DNA of 64,000 bases from Trueperaceae bacterium (GCA_965213925.1 OZ243927.1:3136001-3200000), one strand, 5' to 3'. Shown: positions 40,789 through 50,811, counted from the first letter of the stretch. Made by a program: numbers and translations. Notes: a model not told the origin generated them from the sequence alone.

Positions 40789-41840
40789 GAGGCTTCAGTT
40801 TAACCCGAAGCGGGGGTCAGGGATTGGGGGTTTGCTCGAGTTCTTGGCGGAGATTACTGTACATTTGAGTTGTGGCGTGCGTGATGGGATGGTTGATTCC
40901 TAACCTTTCGTTGTATAAGTACCCACACAGAGATAAGCTAAAATGTCGGTATGGGGCAGATCAGATATGTCGAGTTAGGTGAAGACGAACGCCGAGCACT
41001 CGAGCGCGAGTACCGAACAGGCAAAACTCACAGTTATCGTCAGCGGTGTAAAGGGGTGTTACTCAAGCGCGAGCGGCGCACCTCGGCAGAGGTAGCGAAG
41101 CAGGTGGGTTGCGACCAGGTCACAGTCGACATCTAGCTAGAGCGCTCTAGACAAGGAGGTATTGAGGGACCAAGAACCCTCTGGGGTAGGGGGCGCGAGC
41201 CGATCCTCGAAGAGGCTGACTTGGCTAAGGTAAGAGAGGTTGTAGCTGAACACCGTCAGGAACTCTCGGTTGCTAGAGAAGAGCCCGAGCAGATGCTAGG
41301 CAAGTCCTTTAGCGAGGAGACCTTGAAACGCTTTGTCAAAAAACCGCCGATATACCCTGTTCGGGGCACAGGTAAACGAATCCGAGAGCGTCCCCTCGAA
41401 GAGCCGTGCCCGGAGTTCTGCAGCCTCGAAGTCGAAGGATTAGCGCTACTCGAACAGATGAGTGCGTCTAACCTGCTCGACCTCTACTACGCTGACGAGT
41501 GCCGCGTCTCGCTCGACCCCGTCGTCCCCTATGCTCGGCAGTTCAAGGGTGAGGACGTGTGGACGCCTACAAGTCGAGGTCCGGGACTCAACTGTCTCGG
41601 ACTGATTCGCCGGAACAGCGCCTCGCTTTTCGAGGTCAGCGTCCCTACACGGTCGAATTTCTAGCCGAGCGGCTTGAACGTCTTTCTCTGAAGCTCAGCA
41701 GAGGAACTGTGATCGTCCTGGATAACGCCAAGATACATACCGCTAAAGCTATACAGGAACGTCGCCCTAGCTGGGAGCGGCGTGGGCTCACCCTCTTCTA
41801 CCCACCTATTCACCGCATCTCAACCTAGCCGAAATCCTCT

Positions 41841-41901
41841 CTAGAACGGGCAAAGCGTCACGCGTGGCGCGTTCCCGCTAGCGGCCCGTTGGGGCTAGTT
41901 C
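41841..41901 (+). mobile_element. 61-bp hairpin micro-element, copy B (inside the IS630 transposase)
   Basis: Splits the codons ATC CTC T|GG CGC (ILWR); identical to 36599-36659 in reverse complement. Confidence 0.8.
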
Positions 41902-41921
41902 GGCGCAAGCTCAAGTGCGAG

Positions 41922-41987
41922 ACAGGTGATCGCGTAAAGCGAAGTCGCGTGGTCCCGCTCCCGCTAGCCGCCGTTGGCGGTAACCTT
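41922..41987 (+). mobile_element. 66-bp hairpin micro-element related to the 61-bp unit
   Basis: In-frame 22-codon insertion between KLKCE and WLRPQDY; the IS630 copy at 60419-61490 has contiguous ELKYEWLRPEDY; shares AAAGCG..CGCGTGG..TCCCGCTAGC..CCGTTGG. Confidence 0.7.
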
Positions 41988-42195
41988 TGGCTCAGACCCC
42001 AGGACTACCTCCGCTTTGAACACCTTCGTTACGCCGCGCAGCTTGCCTTAGCCGCTGTCGGCTCACTGCTCAACATCAACTTCGCTAAACCAAAACTCGG
42101 TTTAGATTAAATCTGTTGAGGTACTTATTACCCGGAAACGGTATATAAGAGTTCAGGAGAGGTCTGCTGGACTGCCAGCCCTGGCTTAAGCCAGA

Positions 42196-42972
42196 TCAAT
42201 CATCCGTAAAGCCGATCGCCCCTAGCACCGCGCTCATCTCAGGATTCGCCATAAACAGCTCCCAAAATAGACCGCTCTGGTAGTTTTCGATCATGACGGC
42301 TATCGGCGCTTGGTTAAGGCCCATCGTGATGTTAGGGGCGTAATTGACTGTCGGGTTGTAAGCGTCCCGAAAGCCGTAGATGTCCCACATGACCTCACCT
42401 AAATCGTAGTAGAAGTGTTTGAGGGCAGCCATCGACTCCTCGGGGGTGTAAGGAAAAGCGCTTAGAGCCGCCGTTGGTGACACCGTACCGTTGTCGTTTC
42501 TTGGAGTCGGGTCGTGCGCTAGGTAGCCGGTGTGGTCGTCGCTCGCGCTGAGACCCCAGAAGCGTTCGCTGTAGCCTTTATAGCCTCCCGGATTCGCTAC
42601 GCAGTAACGGTGATTGATGAGCGACAAGACGCGGTTGTTGTGAAAGTAGTTGGTGAAGGCGTCCCGCTTATGTCTGGGGTCGAAGCCTAAAAAGGAGTAG
42701 TGAGTAAAGAAGAGGGGTCCGCCGCTGCGCCCGCCCGCGCCACCTTTCCACGTGCAGTTCGGCTTGCCAATCCCCGCCGCTCCGAGACGTCCAGGTGAGT
42801 TTGAGGCTGTTCGGCGGGCTGACGAAGTGGCGCTTCGAGACCGGCAGTTTGCCGTCTACAAGCTCGAGTCGGCTGGGCAGGGTGGCGTGACCCCGGCTGA
42901 AGGCGTAATTCGTCTCGGTCAAGCTGTGATCGAAGATCAGATGTCGGTAATACCGATAAGAGTCGGGGTCAT
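42196..42972 (-). pseudogene. Second GH144-like glucanase, internally deleted and frameshifted
   Basis: N-terminal piece (DSYRYYRHLIFDHS..SPPNSLKLTW) joined out of frame near 42726 to a C-terminal piece (SGGPLFFTHYSFLGFDP..WGLSASD..GFRDAYN..GLNQAPI..IENY); the ATG at 42972 is out of frame. Confidence 0.75.
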
Positions 42973-45335
42973 CAGGACCTCGAGGGGAGCAAGATGGTAA
43001 CGTTTTGTACGGTGTCGGGCGGCGCGGTGGGCAGGAGCGGCGCGGTTGCGCGCTCCCCGTCAACCCACCAGCCGGGGGTTTCGCCTTGAAGCGCACGTCT
43101 GATGTGGATGTGATAGCTGGCTCGCCGGTAACGGCGCTGCACGCGCACCTCGTTCCAGCCCTCCGGCAAGTCAGCGTCCACCCGCAACCCCCCAACGGTT
43201 GCCGAGACGCCCAGCACCCCTTCGACTAGAGCCCGTAGATACCAAGCGGCGGAGCCCGTGTACCAGGTCCAGCCGCCCCGCCCCGGCGTGTCGGAGCGCG
43301 GTCCGTCAACGTTGCCGGGCATGACGTACGGTTCAGCCGTGTAGCGTTCAGGATCGCAGCCGCGACGCGGCGGACAGAAACTTTGCCACAGTTCGTAGGC
43401 GGCGTCGGCGCCGTGGCGCTGCCGTTCCGCCAACACCGCCCAGCACGCCGCGTGGACGTAGACGCCGCCGTTCTCCCTCGAGCCCGGTGCGTAGCGGCTC
43501 AAATACCCTATATTCGGGTCCGGTTCGGTGTAAGCAGGCTCCAAAAGCAGCGGTCCGTATTCTTGATAGAGGTGGTCCCTGGCCGAGCGCAACGCCGTTT
43601 CCGCCCGCTCCTCCGGCGCAAGCCCGCTCAGAACCGCCCAGGTTTGAGCGTTGAGAAAGATCTTGCCCTCGTCGCACGCCGCCGAGCCGAGGACCTCGCC
43701 CTCGTCCGTACTCGCCCGCCAATACCAAGCTCCGTCCCAACCGTGCTGGTTCGTTGCCGCCTGCATCTCTTGGGCAGCCTTTTCAAACTGCGTTATATTA
43801 GCTTCGTCCAAAACGTCCAACTCGCCCCACTCGCGCAAGAGGTAAAAAAGAAAGTGCGCCAGCCAGATGCTTTCGCCCCGCCCTTCGGGTCCGACCGCGT
43901 TGAGCCCGTCGTTCCAGTCGGCGGCAAGGATGAGCGGCAGCCCGCGTGCGCTGCGGCGCGCTAAGGCTAGTGTGAAGGCTTTGAGGCAGTGCTCGAGCAG
44001 CGTCCCCGCCCCTTCGTCATAGTACGGCATAACCTCTTCCAGACAAGCCTTATCGTCCGTTTCGCGCAGGTACGCCAGCACCACGAAAGGGAGCCAGAGG
44101 AGGTCGTCGCTGTAGTCCGAGGTGAGCCCCGTCCCCGCCAGCGGATGCCACCAGTGCAGCACTCGCCCCTCCTGTAACTGGTGGGCGGCGTGGAGACGAA
44201 TTTGCTCGAGCGTCTGCTCCGGTTTTCCAAGCAGCGGCCATACCAAGCTGTCCTGAAGCTGATCGCGAAAACCGAATGCGCCGCCCGTTTGGTAGTAGGC
44301 GCTGCGCCCCCAGAGCCGCCCCGCAACCGCCTGATACGCCAGCCAGCCGTTCGCCAAGAGGTCGGCGGCTGGGTCGGGCGTCTTTATGTGGAGACCCCCG
44401 AGGAGGGTGTACCAGTATTCCCGAACCTCTTCTAGTGCCTGGGCGACGACGTTCGTATCTTTGTAGCGTTCGGCTAGCTCGAGAGCCTGCGCCTGCGTAT
44501 CAGCTGCGCCGAGCGTGAACGCGAGGTCTTCGCTCTCGCCGGGGAGAAGCTCTAAGTCAACGCACAAACTCCCCACAGCGTCAGCGAAACGACCGACCGT
44601 GTTGCTGAGGTTGCCATGCTGCACGGCGTAAGGGTGAGCCAGCGTGCCGTTGCGTCCCAGAAAGCGCCCCTTATCGCTCTCAAAGGCTACGGGTACACGC
44701 GAAGCGCTGTGAAACCCCACGTAGGACCAGGGAGTGTTCCAATGCGTACCGGGCAGCTCCCACAAGTTTTTGGTTGCCAGCAGCGTAGCTCTCGCCTCGT
44801 CGTAGTCGGTGCGGATGAAAAGTTTGTGGAACTCGCGGTGCGAATCGGGGGCGGCTCCGAGCCCCCACTCGAAATAGCTGAAGAGGCGCAGGCGCTTGGG
44901 TTCGCTACTCTCATTCGTCAGTTTGAGCCACCACAGTTCGCACGGGTCGCCCTTCGGTACAAAATAGGTAACCTCACTCCTCAGCGCGTCGTGACTGTTT
45001 TCGATGACCGAATAGCCCCAGCCATGCCGGACACGGTATTCACCACACTTTTTGCAGGGCTGATAGGCGAGTGACCACACCTCGCCCGTGTCCCTATCTT
45101 TGGCGTAAAGGTACTTGCCCCAATCGTCACGGACGAGGTCTTGCTGCCAGCGCGTGAGGCGGTTGAGGTCCGCGTGGGTGCGCCAACTGTAGCCGCTCCC
45201 TGCTTGCGAGAGGGTGAAGCCGTAGTCGCCGTTGGAAAGCACGTTGATCCAGGGGGCAGGCGTATGAGGATTCGTGATGACGTACTCCTTGCCGTCATCG
45301 CTAAAGAAGCCGTAGGGGGTTTCAAACGATGCCAT
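42972..45335 (-). CDS. GH94 glycoside phosphorylase
   Basis: PWINVLSN, QTGGAFGFRDQLQD, SDDLLWL, DWNDGL, RENGGVY.HA, WYTGSAAW. Confidence 0.9.
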   Translation of the reverse strand: MASFETPYGFFSDDGKEYVITNPHTPAPWINVLSNGDYGFTLSQAGSGYSWRTHADLNRLTRWQQDLVRDDWGKYLYAKDRDTGEVWSLAYQPCKKCGEYRVRHGWGYSVIENSHDALRSEVTYFVPKGDPCELWWLKLTNESSEPKRLRLFSYFEWGLGAAPDSHREFHKLFIRTDYDEARATLLATKNLWELPGTHWNTPWSYVGFHSASRVPVAFESDKGRFLGRNGTLAHPYAVQHGNLSNTVGRFADAVGSLCVDLELLPGESEDLAFTLGAADTQAQALELAERYKDTNVVAQALEEVREYWYTLLGGLHIKTPDPAADLLANGWLAYQAVAGRLWGRSAYYQTGGAFGFRDQLQDSLVWPLLGKPEQTLEQIRLHAAHQLQEGRVLHWWHPLAGTGLTSDYSDDLLWLPFVVLAYLRETDDKACLEEVMPYYDEGAGTLLEHCLKAFTLALARRSARGLPLILAADWNDGLNAVGPEGRGESIWLAHFLFYLLREWGELDVLDEANITQFEKAAQEMQAATNQHGWDGAWYWRASTDEGEVLGSAACDEGKIFLNAQTWAVLSGLAPEERAETALRSARDHLYQEYGPLLLEPAYTEPDPNIGYLSRYAPGSRENGGVYVHAACWAVLAERQRHGADAAYELWQSFCPPRRGCDPERYTAEPYVMPGNVDGPRSDTPGRGGWTWYTGSAAWYLRALVEGVLGVSATVGGLRVDADLPEGWNEVRVQRRYRRASYHIHIRRALQGETPGWWVDGERATAPLLPTAPPDTVQNVTILLPSRS

Positions 45336-45696
45336 AGGGTCTCCTGTACTGGGCGGGGACGCCTCGGCAGCGTCCTCTCTGTAAAAGTTGATAGGTCAGT
45401 TGATAAGGTCGCAAACGTTGTTCTTATGCTCTGCCTTTGCAGTCATCACGAATATGAAGCCTGACGTGAGTCTCAACCGACGGCTAACGGGATTTCATCC
45501 TTGTGAGGTGTATGCCGACTACGAAGCACTTGATGACGTGATAGTTCACCTCGCCAAATTAGCTCAACCCAGATGCCGCCTGCTATATTCGGAGTTCGCA
45601 AAAAAGCATCTGGGTCAGACTGTTAGGTTTTAGCTAAGCTCCTCGAGCTAAGAACTGACGCTCACAGCGAAGGTACGAGGCTTCGCAAGTTGTGGG

Positions 45697-48294
45697 CTAC
45701 TGAAGTGTCAGTGTACTCCAGGCGTCCGGTCTGACCCACACGTCCGGTACCGGGTTCCAGCCGATGATGTTCTCCCGGATGTAAGCGCCCACCGCCGCGT
45801 CTGTCTGGTTGCTGTTGTAGACGACGTGCGAAAAGCCGAGTTCCGTGTCCTCTGCGCCGGGAACCTCTAGCAGCTCGAGCGGCACCGACAGCTCAACGAT
45901 GTACCCCGTATCTGTGCGGCTCGAGGCGACCTGCGCGCCGGGCGCACTCGTCGCAATCGGTCCGGGATTGGCGTCCTGGTGTCGGATAGCTTGCACCTGT
46001 CCGTCCGTGTCGAAGGGGATCACCGCGAGCTTCAGCAAGCCCGCGCTCGAGCCAGCCTCTCTCGGGTCGAGATAGAACTCAACAGAATCGGTGCGGTAGA
46101 AGTTGACGAGGTCGTCCGGCGCGATGTTACTGACTACCACGTCGTCGGTCACGTCAGCAGCTAGGTACAAGGTCGTGGCGTCCCAGTAAAGCGCGAAGGT
46201 GCTGTTCAGGTTGGTGTCCGAACCGACCGGGGCGACGCTGTCATTAGAGACGTTCATCGTTTTGTCGACGGTGTACCACGTTGCCCCTGTCCAGTCGTCC
46301 AAGTTGCCGTCGACGGTGATGGCGCTCGTGGTTTGCGGTGCGCTGAGCGGCTCTTTGAGCCCTTCTTGCTGCGCCAGCCAATCGGCTAAGTAGGCGGGCG
46401 TGACGGCGTAGTCGGCTTCCTTGCTGACGAAACCGACCGCCTGCAACGCCCTTTGCACGTTGGCGTTTTGCATGAAAAGCTGCTGGGGCAGACCGTTGCG
46501 CACGTTTTCGATCATCAGCAAGAGGTCGCCCTGGTCGATGCCGATGTGGTCGGTGGAATACCAGTTGCGCTCGGCGTTGATGGCGCTCACGAAGCCGTAG
46601 TCGCGCCACACCAACGAGCCGTAGCTCTCTAACATGCCGCGCACACCTTGAAGTGCCAACTCAGGGGTAAAGGGGTAGCAGGCGGCTGAAGCGTAGGGGG
46701 CGATGGTGCCGTCGTGGTTCCCTTCAGCCGCGCCGTAGGCTCTGTAGCCGTCGGGACCGTCCGAGGCGCTCAAGCCCCAAACGCCGTTCTGGTAGGTCTC
46801 GTATGCGTCCTGGCGCTCGGCGCTAAACTGGGCGTTGCGTTCGCAGGCGAGCGCCGCGTTGTTGACGTAGTTGGCATAGGCGTCTTCTTGGTTGCGAAGC
46901 TCGAGCCAAACCAGCGGATACTGGTAGATAAAGAGCGGTTCGGACGGGAGATGGATATAAGCGCTCGCCTCCTCGGGCGTGACGACGGGGCGGTAGATGG
47001 CGTCCCACACGCTCGCCGGAAGTGGGTACGTCGGCGAGCCGATAGCCAAGATGTAGAGGATAGGGCTTTCGTCGAACGTACTCCAACGCGATTCTATAAA
47101 GCCCTCCTCGGGCGTCCAGCCCAGCGACAGCGTCTCGCCGCCGTTGGTCATCCACTGCCAGTCAACCGCTTCGTAAAGACGCTGCGCCAGCGCACTCACT
47201 TCGGTGTTCGGGAAGTACTCACCCACGCTCACCACGCCCGCCATGAGGAGCGCGGTGTCGATGGAGGAAAGCTCGCTCTCCCCGGCGCGTTGCCCGGTCG
47301 CCATCTCCACGAAATGATAGAAAAAGCCGTTCCTACCCGCGACGCCACCACTGTCGAACGTTTGCAGGGTGGTTAGGACGCGGTCATAACCCTCATCGCG
47401 ACCTATCCAACCCTCTTCGATGGCGGCGGGCAGGGCGCTCAGCCCGAAGCCGACGGCGGCGATGCTGGCGGCTGAGTCGTCCGTGCTGCGGTCTTTGATA
47501 AGACCGGTGTCGGGGTTGGTTTCCTGCCAGAAGTAGTCGAAGGTCTCCCGCGCGACGCGCTCCATGAGGGCGGCATCGTCCAGTTCAAGTAACGCCTTCG
47601 CTTCGGCGTCGTAGGTGGGGTCGCGCTCCGCGCCCGGTGCGGGTTCGCTCTCGGCGAGATAAGCCCTGCCGAGGTAAAAAGGTTCGGTGAGCGCAACTTT
47701 AGCGTCGTCCGCGTCTGACGCGAAAAAAGAGAGGAAGAGGGTGTAGTCCCGCTCCTTTTGAGGCTCACGTAGCGCGTCAGGGAGCGTGTACACCACGCGG
47801 TTCCAGCCCGCTTGGACGCTGCTGTCACTCAGCAGACCGTCCAGCCACATAAACCCATCCGTCGTGTCCGCCATCCCTAAAAAGAAATCGCTCGGGTTGA
47901 GCGTGTTCTCAGGGGGCAAGTAGACCTCGAGTTCAAGCTGGTCGTACTTCTGCCAAGCCTCGAGGTCGTCACCCGAGACGCTCAAGGTGACTTTGGTCTC
48001 GGGGGCACTGCCACTCGGGGTGACCTCGAGGCTAGCCTGACCTTCAGGCGTGAGCGGATCATCGCTCTCGGCGAAGGTTGCGCCGGTGTTGTCGTTTCCC
48101 AAAGCGCTGACCTCTTTTTTCTCCCAGGCTTTCCAGGTGACATCCTTGTCCTTTTGAAGCGGGTCTTCTACGTCTCCCTGATTCACTGCGCAGGCTTGAA
48201 CCCCTAAGAGCAGCACGGCGCAGACCAGCCAGGTGAAGCGCCAAGAGGCGACAAATTTGTATGTGGTGTGCAGGACGTGAACGGTCGTTTTCAT
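45697..48294 (-). CDS. Lipoprotein GH144-like (beta-1,2-glucanase) with a C-terminal CBM9-like domain
   Basis: Lipobox VQAC; ASIAAVGFGL, GFFYHF, ELSSIDTALL, WGLSASDGP, GIDQG..MIEN; ITVDGNLDDW..LYLAADVTDD..DSVEFYLD. Confidence 0.8.
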   Translation of the reverse strand: MKTTVHVLHTTYKFVASWRFTWLVCAVLLLGVQACAVNQGDVEDPLQKDKDVTWKAWEKKEVSALGNDNTGATFAESDDPLTPEGQASLEVTPSGSAPETKVTLSVSGDDLEAWQKYDQLELEVYLPPENTLNPSDFFLGMADTTDGFMWLDGLLSDSSVQAGWNRVVYTLPDALREPQKERDYTLFLSFFASDADDAKVALTEPFYLGRAYLAESEPAPGAERDPTYDAEAKALLELDDAALMERVARETFDYFWQETNPDTGLIKDRSTDDSAASIAAVGFGLSALPAAIEEGWIGRDEGYDRVLTTLQTFDSGGVAGRNGFFYHFVEMATGQRAGESELSSIDTALLMAGVVSVGEYFPNTEVSALAQRLYEAVDWQWMTNGGETLSLGWTPEEGFIESRWSTFDESPILYILAIGSPTYPLPASVWDAIYRPVVTPEEASAYIHLPSEPLFIYQYPLVWLELRNQEDAYANYVNNAALACERNAQFSAERQDAYETYQNGVWGLSASDGPDGYRAYGAAEGNHDGTIAPYASAACYPFTPELALQGVRGMLESYGSLVWRDYGFVSAINAERNWYSTDHIGIDQGDLLLMIENVRNGLPQQLFMQNANVQRALQAVGFVSKEADYAVTPAYLADWLAQQEGLKEPLSAPQTTSAITVDGNLDDWTGATWYTVDKTMNVSNDSVAPVGSDTNLNSTFALYWDATTLYLAADVTDDVVVSNIAPDDLVNFYRTDSVEFYLDPREAGSSAGLLKLAVIPFDTDGQVQAIRHQDANPGPIATSAPGAQVASSRTDTGYIVELSVPLELLEVPGAEDTELGFSHVVYNSNQTDAAVGAYIRENIIGWNPVPDVWVRPDAWSTLTLQ

Positions 48295-48426
48295 AGTTCA
48301 ACCTCACCTCTTAGTGATGATGAGTAGGGAGCATCGCAGATGGTTTCTTGCCTGGCGTAGCGGAGATAGAACGGTGCACTCAGTGCTCGGGAGCAGCGCG
48401 CTCAACGGGATTGTCCGTGTTGCTTA

Positions 48427-49029
48427 TTATTGATCTCCTTGCCCGAGCCGGCTCAAGCGTTCTTTGGCTCGCTCGATAAGCTCGGGTTGATTGGGGAAGA
48501 GGTCGGGGATGGACTCGTAAATCTCTCGAGCGTCGCGTGGGTCCTCCTGCTCGTAAAGCTCGCCCGTGCGGAGGTAGACCGCGCCCAGGTAAGGGTTGGC
48601 TCTGCCGGTGTTAGCCTGAATAAAGCCTTCGGCATCTGAGAGCGTAAAGTGTTGGTTGATAATCTCGTCGATGCGCTGCTCGGCGCTCTCTACTGTCGGG
48701 GGGATGGGCCAGGCGTAGTCGTTACTCCAAATGTTCACGACTTGAGCGTAACCGCCTTGAAAGACGTAGCTGCCCGTAGCCTCGTCATAGGCGTCGTAGC
48801 CGCTCAGGGCGTCTATGAAGTCACCTTTTTCAAAGCTCGCCTGGGCGTTTTGCATAAACGTTTCCGACAGGGTGTAGGCACGTCGCCAAGCAAAGGCGTA
48901 GGTCGCGGCAAAGAGCAAGAGGATAGCGGCGATGATGAGGGGCGCGCGCAGCCATGACAGCTTAGAGCCTGTCTCTGCTGACGACTGAGCGGGCGCTTCT
49001 TCGGTGGATTGCGCGGTCATATCGGACAT
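48427..49029 (-). CDS. Membrane-anchored hypothetical protein with TPR-like helices
   Basis: One TM helix near the N-terminus; AVYLRTGELYE..AREIYE..FP; lies inside the sugar operon. Confidence 0.65.
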   Translation of the reverse strand: MSDMTAQSTEEAPAQSSAETGSKLSWLRAPLIIAAILLLFAATYAFAWRRAYTLSETFMQNAQASFEKGDFIDALSGYDAYDEATGSYVFQGGYAQVVNIWSNDYAWPIPPTVESAEQRIDEIINQHFTLSDAEGFIQANTGRANPYLGAVYLRTGELYEQEDPRDAREIYESIPDLFPNQPELIERAKERLSRLGQGDQ

Positions 49030-49051
49030 AGGAATTTCCCTTGAAAGTGGC

Positions 49052-49873
49052 TCATTTTAAGGAGACATTCGCAAACGCTTGCATGAACTGGTCTTGCAAG
49101 AAGAAGTAGACGACAATCAAAGGCAGGGTAATAAGGGTGGTCGCCGCCCAAATCTGCTGGGCGTTCTCCCCCGGCACCGACGACTGAAACTGCTGCAAGC
49201 CGAGCTGCACCGTCCAGACTTCGGGCTTGTTGAGGTAGAGTAAAGGACCCAGAAAGTCGTTCCAGGAACCGATAAAGGTCAAAATGGCGACGGTCGCCAG
49301 AGCCGGACGTGAGATAGGCATCATGATGCGCAAGAAGATGCCGAGTTCGCTGGCTCCGTCTAGGCGGGCAGCCTCGAGCAGTTCATCGGGCACTGACACC
49401 ATAAACTGACGGATGAGGAAGATGTTGTAAATCGTGATCGCGCCGGGGATAATCAGTGAGTAGAAGTGACCGACCCAGCCCAGGTTGTAGATAAGCACGT
49501 AGGTAGGGATGAGCAGGAGGACCCCCGGAATCATCATCGTGGCGAGCATAAAGGCGAAGAGCCCATCACGTCCGGGAAAGGGAATTTTGGCGACCGCATA
49601 GGCAGCCAGGGCACTCAAGAAAGTATTGAGAATCGTAATCGAGCCCGAGACGATGATGGAGTTGCGAAAGAGCCGAAGCATGTGGAGTTGTCCAAACACG
49701 TCTACGTACCCCGAAAAGGTCACCTGGCTGGGTAGGCTATTGGGTGAATTCAGAATCTCTGGACCTGGTTTGACGGAGTTCATCACCATGTAGAAAAAGG
49801 GGTAAGCGACGAACACCGCGCCGAAAACGAGCAACCCATAAATGAGCACTTGTGACCCAGACACCCCTTTCAT
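49052..49873 (-). CDS. Carbohydrate ABC transporter permease (MalG-type)
   Basis: ELLEAARLDGA, WNDFLGPL. Confidence 0.92.
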   Translation of the reverse strand: MKGVSGSQVLIYGLLVFGAVFVAYPFFYMVMNSVKPGPEILNSPNSLPSQVTFSGYVDVFGQLHMLRLFRNSIIVSGSITILNTFLSALAAYAVAKIPFPGRDGLFAFMLATMMIPGVLLLIPTYVLIYNLGWVGHFYSLIIPGAITIYNIFLIRQFMVSVPDELLEAARLDGASELGIFLRIMMPISRPALATVAILTFIGSWNDFLGPLLYLNKPEVWTVQLGLQQFQSSVPGENAQQIWAATTLITLPLIVVYFFLQDQFMQAFANVSLK

Positions 49874-50811
49874 CAGGTCACGTCCCGCTGCACGTACTTG
49901 AACTGCAACCAGGTCACGAGCGCGATAATACCGGCTAGCAGCAGCCCTAGCGCCGAGGCGTAGCCGATGTTCGAGCGATCAAAGGCTTGCGCGTAGATGT
50001 GGAGGACGGGGGTGAGTGCCTGATGCTGATCGCCACCGTCGAGCCCCATGAGCACGTACACTTCGGTGAACATCTGCAACCCGTTGATGACGTCGATGAT
50101 CAGGAGAAAGAAAATCTGCGGCTGGAGCTGAGGCCAGGTGATATAGAGGAACTTCTGCCAAGCTCCTGCGCCGTCGATAGCGGCGGCGTCGTAGAGCTGC
50201 TTGTCAACGCCGTAGAGCCCGGCGAGCAAAATGATGGTGCTGATCCCGAACCACTTCCAGGTGTTGATTAGCGCGATAATCGGCATCGGCAGCCAGCGGG
50301 TGAACTGCCAGTAGACGGGTGTATCCAGGGCACCCTGCCCGACCAGAAAGTCTTGTACCGGTCCAGTCGGGCTTACGAGGTAACCGCCGATGGTCATGAG
50401 GACGACAACCGAGGTCAACACAGGCATAAAGTAGATGGTGCGAAAGATGTGCCCCATAAAGTGCGCCCGCTGAAGCAGGAGCGCTGTTCCCAAACCCAAG
50501 CCGTTTTTAAGCACGATAAAGACGACCTGGTTATAGATAATGTTCCACAACGCGAGCCAGAAGAGCGGATCCGTGATACCTCTGATCCAGTTGCCGACGC
50601 CTACGAAGGTGAGGCGTTCGGGGTTGGTGAAGGTGTAGTCGAAAAAGGTGAGGTAAAAAGACAGCGCCAGCGGATAGAGGCTAAAGACCAGAAACAAGGC
50701 GATCCAGGGGGCGACGAAGAGGTAGCCCCACTTGTACCTGAGCATACGCTGCCACACTTTTTTGGGTTGACGCTGCTTCTGTCCAGCAAGCGTTGCGGTT
50801 GCTTGTGCCAC
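49873..50811 (-). CDS. Carbohydrate ABC transporter permease (MalF-type)
   Basis: LYDAAAIDGA..F.YITWP, GYASALG; GTG start. Confidence 0.92.
   Translation of the reverse strand: MAQATATLAGQKQRQPKKVWQRMLRYKWGYLFVAPWIALFLVFSLYPLALSFYLTFFDYTFTNPERLTFVGVGNWIRGITDPLFWLALWNIIYNQVVFIVLKNGLGLGTALLLQRAHFMGHIFRTIYFMPVLTSVVVLMTIGGYLVSPTGPVQDFLVGQGALDTPVYWQFTRWLPMPIIALINTWKWFGISTIILLAGLYGVDKQLYDAAAIDGAGAWQKFLYITWPQLQPQIFFLLIIDVINGLQMFTEVYVLMGLDGGDQHQALTPVLHIYAQAFDRSNIGYASALGLLLAGIIALVTWLQFKYVQRDVT

Larger units (their letters stand above)
40916..42127 (+). mobile_element. Decayed IS630-family element
   Basis: Terminal TAAGTACC / GGTACTTA; HTH, YADE, VLDNAKIH and AEIL(W)RKLK remnants; multiple stops, frameshifts and small insertions. 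Confidence 0.85.
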
